This document shows positions 9,350-18,541 of a stretch of DNA of 36,893 nucleotides, piece after piece (the first letter of the stretch is position 1; every line of letters begins with the position of its first letter). Origin of the DNA: an uncultured Flavobacterium sp. GTDB lineage: Bacteria; Bacteroidota; Bacteroidia; Flavobacteriales; Flavobacteriaceae. The position numbers and the translations under genes are program-made. The stretch lies in assembly GCA_965366105.1 (NCBI GenBank), contig CBDUEE010000001.1:1-36893 (forward strand), read 5' to 3'. A model generated the notes under the pieces. That model made no database searches. It saw only the letters and a list, made by a program, of their open reading frames with translations, and was not told the origin of the DNA.

Positions 9350-10027
9350 TTATGGATTTGTTGAAGAAACTTGCAACACTTTCCCATTGAAATATTTATT
9401 CCCTGTAAGAGTAAAATTATAAATGTAATCAGCCATTTCAGTAGCAGATATTGGCGCTTGATAACCAGGAAAAGCTTCTTCGAGCATTTCTGTTTGTACG
9501 GAACCTAGAGCTAAAACATTAAAAGAAATTCCACGTTCTTTATATTCCTCAGCTAATAATTCCATGAGCGTAATTACAGCTCCTTTACTAGAACTATATG
9601 CCGAAAGTCCAGCAAATTTAAGGCTTCCTTGAATTCCTCCCATAGAACTTATGGCTACTACATGACTCCCTTTTTGTAAATAAGGCAAAGCGATTCGGGT
9701 CAAATTAGCCACTCCAAAAACATTAACTTTATAAATATTTTCAAAATCTTCTTGTGAAGTTTCTAAAAATGGCTTTAAGATTAAACTTCCTGCGTTATGA
9801 ATAATAGCATCTATTTGTTTCCAGGATTTAGACACAAAATCATTTACTTTACTCAATTCCAATTCATTTGAAAGATAAACCGAAAGGCAAGTGATATTTT
9901 TATTTCCTAATAAAGTTTGAGGAATTTTTCTAGAAATAGCCAAAACTTGATATCCAGCATTTGCAAACTGTAAAGCCAATTCATGTCCTATTCCTCTACT
10001 CGTCCCCGTAATAATAATATTTTTCAT
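9350..10027 (-). CDS. Short-chain dehydrogenase/reductase
   Basis: TGTSRGIG, HNAG, catalytic YSSSK. Confidence 0.93.
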   Translation of the reverse strand: MKNIIITGTSRGIGHELALQFANAGYQVLAISRKIPQTLLGNKNITCLSVYLSNELELSKVNDFVSKSWKQIDAIIHNAGSLILKPFLETSQEDFENIYKVNVFGVANLTRIALPYLQKGSHVVAISSMGGIQGSLKFAGLSAYSSSKGAVITLMELLAEEYKERGISFNVLALGSVQTEMLEEAFPGYQAPISATEMADYIYNFTLTGNKYFNGKVLQVSSTNP

Positions 10028-10031
10028 AAAG

Positions 10032-10039
10032 CAAAAATA
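10032..10039 (-). promoter_or_regulatory. -7 promoter element (TATTTTTG) for the SDR gene
   Basis: Matches TAnnTTTG; ends 4 nt before the ATG at 10027. Confidence 0.55.
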
Positions 10040-10165
10040 AACAAAAACGGCAAAATAGCCTCGCTTTACGTAAAGGATTCTTTTTCTATTTAAAACAAAC
10101 CTTTGTGGAATGATGCCTTATGAATTTTAACTGGTAAACTTAGGATTTATCAGGGAAATTTGTAG

Positions 10166-10199
10166 CACAAGTTTCACTAATAATTGGTGAAAATTAGTG
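10166..10199. repeat. Short imperfect palindrome, REP-like
   Basis: CACAAGTTTCACTAAT-A-ATTGGTGAAAATTAGTG, with AATT(A/G)GTGA units repeated. Confidence 0.35.
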
Positions 10200-10244
10200 A
10201 TATTTAAAACAAAACTTTTAAAAGCTAAAATGGAATAAATACGA

Positions 10245-10252
10245 TATTTTTG
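10245..10252 (+). promoter_or_regulatory. -7 promoter element (TATTTTTG) for the GNAT gene
   Basis: TAnnTTTG about 80 nt upstream of ATG 10333. Confidence 0.45.
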
Positions 10253-10332
10253 CTTACAACTTGTATTCAGTCGAAAACATTCTAATTTTGTTTGATTCTG
10301 ATACGATATAACAGTGATAAAACTTACTTTCG

Positions 10333-10902
10333 ATGAAAGAAAATATACAATTTAAAATAGCAACACTAAATGATATTGATGGTGTATTGGCTTTACAAGA
10401 ATTATATTTAGTTTCTAATTTATCCGAAGAGGAAAAAACGGCTGGATTTGTTACAACACCGTTTACAATAGACCAATTAAGAGACGTTATTAATTGTCAA
10501 AATTTATTTATTGCAAAAGATAGCACTAAAATCATAGCATATATTTTTACAGGAAGTTGGGCGTTTTTCAGTCAATGGCCCATCTTTAATCACATGATTT
10601 CATTACTGCCTCAACTTAGTTTTTTAGATTTTGATTTTACAACAGTAAATAGTTTCCAGTATGGACCAATATGCATTCATAAGGATTATCGCAGAAAAGG
10701 ATTGATAATTCCTTTCTTCGAATTTATGAGAATCCAAATGAAAAATAAATACCCGCTAAGTTTAACTTTTATCAACAAAACCAATATTCCATCACGCATC
10801 GCGCATACTGAAAAACTAAAATGGAACATTATTGCTGATTTTCAGTTCAATAACAATGACTACTTTATTTTAGCTTATGATATGAATCAAACTGTTTACT
10901 AA
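10333..10902 (+). CDS. GNAT-family acetyltransferase
   Basis: N-terminal KIATLNDID; motif A-like GPICIHKDYRRKG; N..S...H.KL.W motif B. Confidence 0.78.
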   Translation: MKENIQFKIATLNDIDGVLALQELYLVSNLSEEEKTAGFVTTPFTIDQLRDVINCQNLFIAKDSTKIIAYIFTGSWAFFSQWPIFNHMISLLPQLSFLDFDFTTVNSFQYGPICIHKDYRRKGLIIPFFEFMRIQMKNKYPLSLTFINKTNIPSRIAHTEKLKWNIIADFQFNNNDYFILAYDMNQTVY

Positions 10903-10985
10903 TAGCTATTCTCAATTACTAATTTATCCGCTTAGGTTATTTCAAACAAAAAACTGGAGGGTAGACCATATTTAAAATATCAATC

Positions 10986-11024
10986 AAAAAAAAGCCCTTT
11001 CTAACCTAAATTAGAAAGGGCTTT
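10986..11024 (-). terminator. Intrinsic terminator (possibly bidirectional) after the acyl-CoA dehydrogenase
   Basis: Perfect 14-bp stem AAAGCCCTTTCTAA/TTAGAAAGGGCTTT; the A run on + gives a U tract on -. Confidence 0.85.
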
Positions 11025-11042
11025 ACTAAGCTATATTTGTTT

Positions 11043-12182
11043 TTAAGAAACTAATGTTCTTGAAATTACAATACGTTGAATCTCAGAAGTTCCCTCATAA
11101 ATTTGAGTAATTTTAGCATCACGCATCATACGCTCCACATGATATTCCGCTACATATCCGTTTCCACCATGAATTTGAACCGCTTCAATTGTAGTATCCA
11201 TAGCCGTTTGCGAAGCAAATAATTTAGCCATTGCACCAGATTGAGAAATATCCTTTCCTTCATCTTTTTCCGAAGCTGCTTTAAGAACTAACATTTTTGC
11301 AGCCATAATCTGAGTAGCCATATCCGCTAATTTAAAAGCAATAGCTTGATGTTTGAAAATTTCTTTTCCAAAAGCTTTACGCTCTTGTGAATATTTCAAA
11401 GCCAGTTCATAAGCTCCTGAGGCAATACCTAATGCTTGAGAAGCAATACCTATTCTTCCGCCATTTAACACAGCCATTGCGAAGCTGAAACCAAATCCGT
11501 CTTCTCCTATTCGGTTTTCTTTAGGAACTTTTACATCACTAAACATAAGAGAATGTGTATCAGAACCACGAATACCCATTTTTTTCTCTTTTGGTCCAAT
11601 ATCAAATCCAGACCAACCTTTTTCAACTATAAATGCGTTAATTCCTTTGTGTCCTTTTTCTATATTAGTCTGCGCTATTACAATATAAGTAGATGCAGAA
11701 GAACCATTAGTAATCCAGTTTTTTGTACCATTCAATAAATAATAATCTCCTTTATCGATTGCCGTTGTTTTTTGAGAGGTAGCGTCTGAACCAGCTTCAG
11801 GTTCTGAAAGACAAAAAGCACCAATTACTTCTCCTTTTGCAAGAGGAACTAGGTATTTCATTTTTTGTTCTTCATTACAATATTTTTCAAGACCAGCACA
11901 AACTAATGAATTATTCACTGACATAATCACAGCAGCAGAAGCATCAATTTTAGAAATTTCTGCAATAGCTAAGGCATAGGAAACGCTGTCTAAACCAGAT
12001 CCACCATATTTAGGATCTACCATCATCCCCATAAACCCTAATTCGGCCATCATTTTTACTTGCTCAACTGGAAATTTTGAATGCTCGTCTCTTTCTATAA
12101 CTCCAGCTAATAATTCATTTTGAGCAAAATCTCTAGCAGCCTGTTGTATCATCAACTGCTCTTCAGTTAGATTAAAATCCAT
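11043..12182 (-). CDS. Acyl-CoA dehydrogenase (short/branched-chain type)
   Basis: FCLSEPEAGSD, NGTKNWITN, KMGIRGS, QIHGGNGY, IYEGTSEIQR. Confidence 0.96.
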   Translation of the reverse strand: MDFNLTEEQLMIQQAARDFAQNELLAGVIERDEHSKFPVEQVKMMAELGFMGMMVDPKYGGSGLDSVSYALAIAEISKIDASAAVIMSVNNSLVCAGLEKYCNEEQKMKYLVPLAKGEVIGAFCLSEPEAGSDATSQKTTAIDKGDYYLLNGTKNWITNGSSASTYIVIAQTNIEKGHKGINAFIVEKGWSGFDIGPKEKKMGIRGSDTHSLMFSDVKVPKENRIGEDGFGFSFAMAVLNGGRIGIASQALGIASGAYELALKYSQERKAFGKEIFKHQAIAFKLADMATQIMAAKMLVLKAASEKDEGKDISQSGAMAKLFASQTAMDTTIEAVQIHGGNGYVAEYHVERMMRDAKITQIYEGTSEIQRIVISRTLVS

Positions 12183-12906
12183 ATCTGTATTTATTAATTA
12201 TAATTTTAAAATTCCAATGCTACAAATAAAAACAAAATTCCTCAAAAATTATCGATTAAGTTGCTCTTTAATCTCTTTTATGATAGTCTGATTTTTTTAA
12301 CATAGTATTGATGATTGTCTTGTTATAGAAGAATTAAATTCAATTCTATTCAAAAAACAATTGCAAAAATACTTATTTTTTATAAAATTATCTGTTTCGG
12401 ATGGGAAATATAATACTGAAAAATGCTCTTACTATATCGTTTTCGGTAATTAAAATAAAAACTCCGATGGATCGTAAATAATAAAACCAAATTTAACTCC
12501 AAATTATAAAACTAAAATAGATTTTAAAATTTTATTCCTTAACATAAAAACATTAATTAATCTCGATATTTCGTGTTTTATATTTCAACAAATCTAACAA
12601 ATAATCTTCTTAGATTATGGTGTAAAAAAAGCAATACATAGATGTAAATTGAAATCTAAAAACATACAAATTCAAAACAAATTTGTTGAAATAAAGCTTT
12701 TTTATAACTCTTAAACCTTTAATTTATAGGAAATAACATTCTAAAACAATAAACTTAGAATAATTATTTTTCAATAAAAATGGACTACTCGCACATTTTT
12801 TTTAAATAAATAACAAATAGAATAATAAAACCGAAAATTTATCCCAACTTTATAGGTTTTTCAGGAAAACTAAAACTAGCTAACGCTAAACTGCATGAAT
12901 TAAAGT

Positions 12907-12914
12907 TAATTTTG
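12907..12914 (+). promoter_or_regulatory. -7 promoter element (TAATTTTG)
   Basis: TAnnTTTG 26 nt before ATG 12941. Confidence 0.55.
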
Positions 12915-12940
12915 TCCAAAATAATTTAATACATATCAAC

Positions 12941-13522
12941 ATGAAAAAAATTGCACTACTACTTACTGTTCTTTTATCTGTTCAATTCTCATCAGTTAAT
13001 GCGCAATCTCAAATAGACATTGATGGAGTAATTGTTCCAAGAACAATTACGGTTCAGAACAAGATCTTAACACTAAATGGTGTTGGAGGGAGATCTAAAA
13101 TGTGGGTTGAAGTTTATGTTCAAGCTTTATATCTAACAAAACTGTCTCCAGATGCTAAATATATAATTGAAAGCGATACGGAGATGGCTGTAAGAATACA
13201 TATTACTTCATCATTAGTATCATCCGGTAAATTGACTAGAAACTTTAATAGTGGTTTTGAAAAATCTGCTGGAACTAATTTCAATAAATTGAAGCCTAAA
13301 ATTGAAGCTTTCAAAAGCATGTTAAGTGATGACATTGTAAAAGATGATGTCTTCAATCTTTTTTACAACCCTATTGACACATCAGTTTGGGTTTATAAAA
13401 ATGATGTCTTAAAAGGTAAAGTTGCAGGAATGGATTTCAAAAAAGCATTATTTGGAATTTGGCTTTCTGACAATCCTGTTGATGAAGTCCTAAAAAAGAG
13501 CTTACTAGGTATCTATAAATAA
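12941..13522 (+). CDS. Exported chalcone-isomerase-fold protein
   Basis: Signal peptide ending VNA-Q; LNGVGGRSK..VYVQALYL; FKKALFGIWLSDNPVD..LK..LLG. Confidence 0.85.
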   Translation: MKKIALLLTVLLSVQFSSVNAQSQIDIDGVIVPRTITVQNKILTLNGVGGRSKMWVEVYVQALYLTKLSPDAKYIIESDTEMAVRIHITSSLVSSGKLTRNFNSGFEKSAGTNFNKLKPKIEAFKSMLSDDIVKDDVFNLFYNPIDTSVWVYKNDVLKGKVAGMDFKKALFGIWLSDNPVDEVLKKSLLGIYK

Positions 13523-13669
13523 ATTATTTTTTTTTAGAAAAATTCTTAAAATCATTAGTAATCAGATAAATCCTTTTGCTATTTCGGTTTTGATTTCGCA
13601 TACTGATTTTTGAAAGTAGCATTAAATAAAATAAGCTTAAAAATACACAATTCGCATTATTCTATTTTT

Positions 13670-13677
13670 TATATTTG
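13670..13677 (+). promoter_or_regulatory. -7 promoter element (TATATTTG)
   Basis: TAnnTTTG 25 nt before ATG 13703. Confidence 0.6.
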
Positions 13678-13702
13678 TCAAAAATAAATATATCGCAATA
13701 TA

Positions 13703-14929
13703 ATGAAAGATTTATTAAATAAATTCGAAAATAAAGAACCTGAAATAGTTTTCCATTGGAAAGATGCCGAAACAGAAGCTGAAGGATGGACTGTCATCAA
13801 TTCATTACGTGGTGGTGCAGCAGGCGGTGGAACCAGAATGAGAAAAGGATTGGATATGAATGAAGTTTTGTCTTTGGCAAAAACCATGGAAGTAAAATTC
13901 TCCGTATCTGGACCTGCAATTGGAGGAGCTAAATCTGGAATTAACTTCGATCCTAATGACTCCAGAAAAAAAGGCGTTTTACAACGTTGGTATAAAGCAG
14001 TTTCTCCTTTGCTGAAAAGTTATTATGGAACTGGCGGTGACTTAAATGTAGATGAAATTCACGAAGTGATTCCTATTACCGAAGAATGTGGTGTTTGGCA
14101 TCCACAAGAAGGTGTTTTCAATGGACATTTTAAACCTACTGAAGCGGATAAAATTAACAGAATTGGACAATTGCGTCAAGGCGTAGTTAAAGTGATTGAA
14201 AATCCAAAATATTCGCCTGATGTTCTTCGCAAATATACCGTTGCTGATATGATTACTGGTTTTGGTGTTGCTGAAGCAGTTCGAAATTATTATGCTATTT
14301 ATGGTGGAGATGTAAAAGGAAAGAAAGCAATAGTTCAAGGTTTTGGAAATGTTGGTTCAGCCGCTGCTTTTTACTTAGCAGGAATGGGCGCCAAAATAAT
14401 TGGTATTATTGACAGAGATGGTGGAATAATTAACGAAGATGGATTTAGTTTTGAAGAAGTAAAAGCATTATTTCTTGCAAAAGACGGAAATAAATTAGTT
14501 GCAGAAAACATGATTCCTTTTGATGAAATCAATCAAAAAATATGGAATATTGGGGCTGAAATATTCACTCCATGTGCTGCTTCACGATTGGTTACTCAAT
14601 CACAAATTGACAGCCTAATTGCTAATGGCCTAGAAGTTATTTCTTGTGGTGCTAATGTTCCTTTTGCGGATACAGCGATATTCTTTGGTCCAATAATGGA
14701 GAATGTTGACACTAAAATAAGTTTGATTCCAGACTTTATTTCTAATTGTGGTATGGCTCGAGTTTTTGCGTATTTCATGGAAAAGAAAGTGCAAATGACA
14801 GACGAGGCTATTTTTCAAGATACCTCAGATACCATTAAAAGAGCTATAGAAAAAGCGCATGCTTTGAATAGTTCAAAAACAAATATTAGCGCTACTGCAT
14901 TTGAAATTGCTTTAAAACAGTTAGTGTAA
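13703..14929 (+). CDS. Glu/Leu/Phe/Val dehydrogenase family protein
   Basis: GGGTRM, GGAKSGI, QGFGNVG dinucleotide-binding motif, GAN, IPDFISN. Confidence 0.92.
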   Translation: MKDLLNKFENKEPEIVFHWKDAETEAEGWTVINSLRGGAAGGGTRMRKGLDMNEVLSLAKTMEVKFSVSGPAIGGAKSGINFDPNDSRKKGVLQRWYKAVSPLLKSYYGTGGDLNVDEIHEVIPITEECGVWHPQEGVFNGHFKPTEADKINRIGQLRQGVVKVIENPKYSPDVLRKYTVADMITGFGVAEAVRNYYAIYGGDVKGKKAIVQGFGNVGSAAAFYLAGMGAKIIGIIDRDGGIINEDGFSFEEVKALFLAKDGNKLVAENMIPFDEINQKIWNIGAEIFTPCAASRLVTQSQIDSLIANGLEVISCGANVPFADTAIFFGPIMENVDTKISLIPDFISNCGMARVFAYFMEKKVQMTDEAIFQDTSDTIKRAIEKAHALNSSKTNISATAFEIALKQLV

Positions 14930-14976
14930 TATTGTTGTGTAATTAAAAACACCTTTTTTCGTTTATAATTTAAATT

Positions 14977-15027
14977 GTCAGTTTGATGCATTATGTTTAG
15001 AACAAGTGTATTAAACTGGCTTTTTTT
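14977..15027 (+). terminator. Intrinsic terminator after the amino-acid dehydrogenase
   Basis: GTCAGTTTGATGCATT...AGTGTATTAAACTGGC stem with G.U pairs, followed by T7. Confidence 0.7.
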
Positions 15028-15033
15028 GTAACA

Positions 15034-15041
15034 TAAATTTG
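15034..15041 (+). promoter_or_regulatory. -7 promoter element (TAAATTTG) for exbB-exbD-tonB
   Basis: TAnnTTTG directly after the upstream terminator. Confidence 0.55.
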
Positions 15042-15133
15042 CACCTTAAGCAAATCAAAGGTGTTGCTAATTTTAATCTAAGAAAATAGCAATTTTTATA
15101 ATATATTAGCGTTTTCATAATAAATAAAATTCT

Positions 15134-15838
15134 ATGAGTCTATTGTTACAAGCAGATAGCCTATCTGTTGCAAAAGAAAGTTTAGTTGACACAGTACCGG
15201 TTGAAAAAACGCTATCTATTATTGAATTAATAACTAGTGGAGGATTAGCAGGTCAAATTATCATGACAGCTTTATTCCTGATGTTTTTCGTTGCTTTGTA
15301 TCTTTACTTTGAACGATTAATGGCTATAAATGCCGCTTCTAAAATTGATCCTAATTTCATGTCCCAGATCAAAGACAACATTAAAAACGGACGCATTGAT
15401 AACGCTAAAATAGCTTGTGCTCACTATAAATCTCCGGTTGCGCGATTAATTGAGAAAGGAATTTCAAGGATAGGAAAACCTCTCGACGATATTAATACCG
15501 CTATTGAGAATGCTGGAAAACTTGAAATATACAAACTTGAAAAAAATGTAAGTATGCTAGCTACAATTTCTGGAGCAGGTCCTATGACCGGTTTCTTAGG
15601 AACAGTTGTTGGTATGATTCAAGCGTTTCATAAAATGGCTAGTTCTGGCGGACAAATAGAAGTAGGCGCATTGTCAGAAGGAATTTACACCGCGATGACA
15701 ACCACAGTTGTTGGATTAGTAGTAGGTATTATCGCTTATGTAGGTTACAATCATCTAGTTGTAAAAACAGATAAGATCGTTCACCAAATGGAAGCTACCG
15801 CGGTTGACTTTTTAGACTTATTAAACGACCCAGCATAA
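15134..15838 (+). CDS. exbB: MotA/TolQ/ExbB proton channel protein
   Basis: LATISGAGPMTGFLGTVVGMIQAF, GIYTAMTTTVVGL. Confidence 0.9.
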   Translation: MSLLLQADSLSVAKESLVDTVPVEKTLSIIELITSGGLAGQIIMTALFLMFFVALYLYFERLMAINAASKIDPNFMSQIKDNIKNGRIDNAKIACAHYKSPVARLIEKGISRIGKPLDDINTAIENAGKLEIYKLEKNVSMLATISGAGPMTGFLGTVVGMIQAFHKMASSGGQIEVGALSEGIYTAMTTTVVGLVVGIIAYVGYNHLVVKTDKIVHQMEATAVDFLDLLNDPA

Positions 15839-15840
15839 TC

Positions 15841-16233
15841 ATGAATTTAAGAGGAAGAAATAAAGTCAGTGCCGAATTCAATATGTCATCCATGACCGAT
15901 ATTGTCTTTTTATTACTGATATTTTTTATGCTGACATCAACAATGGTCACCACTAATGCATTAGACTTAGTCTTGCCAAAAGCAAAAGGAAAAACAGACA
16001 GTAATAAAAATATCGCGGTAAGCATCAATAAGAAATTAGAATTTTTTATTGACAAAGAACCTGTTTCAGAAGGTGAGTTAGAATCAAAATTATTATCAAT
16101 GTTTGCTACAAACAAAGACAAAGCTATTATTCTAAGAGCTGAAGAAGGAGTGCCAATTGAAAAGGCAGTCAACGTTTTGGATATTGCAAACAGAAATCAA
16201 ATAAAGGTTGTTCTGGCGGTAAGACCTAAATAG
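15841..16233 (+). CDS. exbD: ExbD/TolR biopolymer transport protein
   Basis: NMSSMTDIVFLLLIFFM with the essential TM Asp; LVLPKA; ILRAE. Confidence 0.92.
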   Translation: MNLRGRNKVSAEFNMSSMTDIVFLLLIFFMLTSTMVTTNALDLVLPKAKGKTDSNKNIAVSINKKLEFFIDKEPVSEGELESKLLSMFATNKDKAIILRAEEGVPIEKAVNVLDIANRNQIKVVLAVRPK

Positions 16234-16265
16234 TTTTAGCAATCTTAAAAAAAGATTTATTCTAC

Positions 16266-17063
16266 ATGAAATATATAGAAACGAAAGAAGAAAAAAAATC
16301 ATTTGCAATCACATCCATTATTTTTGTGATTCTATTTATTTTGTTCTTTTATTTAGGATTAACTTCTTTAGATCCACCTCCTGAAAACGGAATTGCAATC
16401 AACTTTGGCACAACAGAGTTCGGATCAGGAAACATTCAACCTACTGAAGCAATACAATCCGCTCCAAAAGCTACAGCGGCAAAAGAAACTGCAACAAGTA
16501 ATGATGATGTGCTATCGCAAGACATCGAAGAGGCTGTTGTTATAAAGGAAGCTAAAAAAATTCAGCCTACAAAAGAAACTGCCAAAGAAGAAGTTAAACC
16601 AAAACCAAAAGAAAATCCCAAACCATCAAAAAGCACATCGGATGCATTATCAAGTTTAATAAATGGCCCTAAATCAGATGGGAAAGCGCAAGGTGGTGAA
16701 GGAAATGATAATTTGGCAGGAGATAAAGGAAACCCAAACGGCAACCCTTACGCCAACAGTTATTATGGATCTGGAAGCGGTTGGGGCACTGGAAGCGGTT
16801 GGGGATTAAATGGTAGAAGCATTAGTTCTAGAGGAAAAGAAGTACAAAAATGCAATGAATTTGGAACTGTCGTAGTCCAGATTACTGTTAATAGAAATGG
16901 TAATGTTATTGCTGCAAAGTATACCAAAGGAACAACGAATACCAACCCCTGTTTAGTAGAACCTGCTTTGGCGACAGCCCGTAAATACAAATGGCAACCA
17001 GACCCAAAAGCACCCGAAACCCAAATTGGTTTTATTACCGTTAACTTTAAAATAGGCGAATAA
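16266..17063 (+). CDS. tonB: TonB-like energy transducer
   Basis: N-terminal TM anchor, Pro/Lys/Glu-rich linker, Gly-rich segment, C-terminal GTVVVQITVNRNGNV...A.A.A...KW. Confidence 0.82.
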   Translation: MKYIETKEEKKSFAITSIIFVILFILFFYLGLTSLDPPPENGIAINFGTTEFGSGNIQPTEAIQSAPKATAAKETATSNDDVLSQDIEEAVVIKEAKKIQPTKETAKEEVKPKPKENPKPSKSTSDALSSLINGPKSDGKAQGGEGNDNLAGDKGNPNGNPYANSYYGSGSGWGTGSGWGLNGRSISSRGKEVQKCNEFGTVVVQITVNRNGNVIAAKYTKGTTNTNPCLVEPALATARKYKWQPDPKAPETQIGFITVNFKIGE

Positions 17064-17070
17064 TCATAAC

Positions 17071-17116
17071 TATAAATAATAAAAACTCAAGTATCTTTGA
17101 GTTTTTATTATTTATA
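17071..17116. terminator. 20-bp perfect inverted repeat between tonB and folC
   Basis: TATAAATAATAAAAACTCAA-GTATCT-TTGAGTTTTTATTATTTATA. Confidence 0.65.
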
Positions 17117-17122
17117 AACCTC

Positions 17123-18343
17123 ATGAATTATCAAGAAACTACTCATTGGATGTTTACACAACTCCCAATGTACCAAACTCAAGGTGCATCAGCTTATAAA
17201 GATGATCTAACCAACATCTTATTATTATCTGATCATTTAAGTAATCCTGAAAGAACATTAAACTGTATCCATGTAGCAGGAACAAATGGCAAAGGCTCTA
17301 CATCGCACATGTTATCTTCGATATTACAAGAATCTGGTTATAAAGTTGGTCTTTACACCTCACCACATTTAAAAGATTTTAGAGAGCGAATCAAGATAAA
17401 TGGCAAAGAAATTTCAGAAGATTTCGTGTGTAAATTTATACAGAAACACCGTCCCTATTTTGAAAAACACGCATTAAGCTTTTTCGAAATGTCTGTTGGA
17501 TTGGCTTTTGATTATTTTGCAAAAGAGAAAGTAGATATTGCTATTATTGAAGTTGGAATGGGTGGCAGATTAGACGCAACTAATATTATTACTCCATTAG
17601 TATCGGTAATAACAAATATTGGATTAGATCACATTCAATTTCTAGGAAACACATTGGAATCAGTTGCTTTTGAAAAAGCAGGGATTATAAAACCAACTAT
17701 TCCTGTGGTTATTGGGGAATATACTCCTGAGACAAAACCTGTATTTTTGGCTAAAGCCAAAGAAAATAATTCAGAAATCTATTTTGCATCTGATTTGATT
17801 TACGAGAACTTTTCGTCAGACTTGCTTGGTGATTATCAAATTCATAATAAAAAAACAGTTCTACAGACAATTGCGATTATAAATAACCAAAATAAATTTA
17901 TAATAAATCAAGAAAATATTCAGTCTGGATTGTTAAATGTTGTAAAAAATACGGGACTCCAAGGTAGATGGCAACAATTAGGAGATTTTCCAAAAGTCAT
18001 TTGCGATACTGCGCACAATAAAAATGGGTTGGAAATTGTATTGAATCAGATACAAAAAGAAACTTTTGACAACTTGCACATTGTTTTAGGAGTAGTAAAT
18101 GATAAAGATTTGGATGAAATTTTGCCATTATTTCCTAAAAAAGCAATTTATTATTTCTGTAAACCTGATATACCCCGCGGGTTAGATGCAAGTACTTTAA
18201 AGGATAAAGCAGCTATTTTCGAGTTGAAAGGCGAAGTATATAATTCTGTTTCAGATGCTTACAATAATGCAATTGATAAGGCTTTAAATTCCGATTTTAT
18301 CTACATTGGAGGAAGCACATTTGTAGTAGCAGAAATTTTATAA
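17123..18343 (+). CDS. folC: Folylpolyglutamate synthase/dihydrofolate synthase
   Basis: HVAGTNGKGS, YTSPHL..FRERI, EVGMGGRLDATN, EKAGIIK, DTAHN. Confidence 0.97.
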   Translation: MNYQETTHWMFTQLPMYQTQGASAYKDDLTNILLLSDHLSNPERTLNCIHVAGTNGKGSTSHMLSSILQESGYKVGLYTSPHLKDFRERIKINGKEISEDFVCKFIQKHRPYFEKHALSFFEMSVGLAFDYFAKEKVDIAIIEVGMGGRLDATNIITPLVSVITNIGLDHIQFLGNTLESVAFEKAGIIKPTIPVVIGEYTPETKPVFLAKAKENNSEIYFASDLIYENFSSDLLGDYQIHNKKTVLQTIAIINNQNKFIINQENIQSGLLNVVKNTGLQGRWQQLGDFPKVICDTAHNKNGLEIVLNQIQKETFDNLHIVLGVVNDKDLDEILPLFPKKAIYYFCKPDIPRGLDASTLKDKAAIFELKGEVYNSVSDAYNNAIDKALNSDFIYIGGSTFVVAEIL

Positions 18344-18360
18344 TTTTTTTTATTTTTTAC

Positions 18361-18390
18361 TTGCAAATCTAGAAAAGTGGCGTATATTTG
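18361..18390 (+). promoter_or_regulatory. Bacteroidota sigma-A-type promoter of tRNA-Val
   Basis: -33 TTG (18361) and -7 TATATTTG (18383-18390) with a 19-nt spacer. Confidence 0.75.
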
Positions 18391-18433
18391 CACACGCAAC
18401 AACGCAAACTAAATTTGTCAAACTGCAAAAATA

Positions 18434-18508
18434 GGGCGATTAGCTCAGCTGGTTCAGAGCACCTCGTTTACACCGAGGGGGTCGGGGGTTCGAACCCCTC
18501 ATCGCCCA
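18434..18508 (+). tRNA. tRNA-Val (TAC); CCA not encoded
   Basis: Acceptor GGGCGAT/ATCGCCC, D arm GCTC/GAGC, anticodon arm CCTCG-TTTACAC-CGAGG, T loop TTCGAAC; followed by CAA. Confidence 0.97.
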
Positions 18509-18509
18509 C

Positions 18510-18541
18510 AAAACTCCTTAAGAAATTAAGGAGTTTTTTTT
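18510..18541 (+). terminator. Intrinsic terminator of tRNA-Val
   Basis: AAAACTCCTTAA-GAAA-TTAAGGAGTTTT plus T run. Confidence 0.88.

Noticed and set aside
16770..16805. Tandem CTGGAAGCGGTTGGGG repeat
   Set aside because: Encodes the Gly-rich GSGWG linker of TonB; only two units, not a CRISPR array
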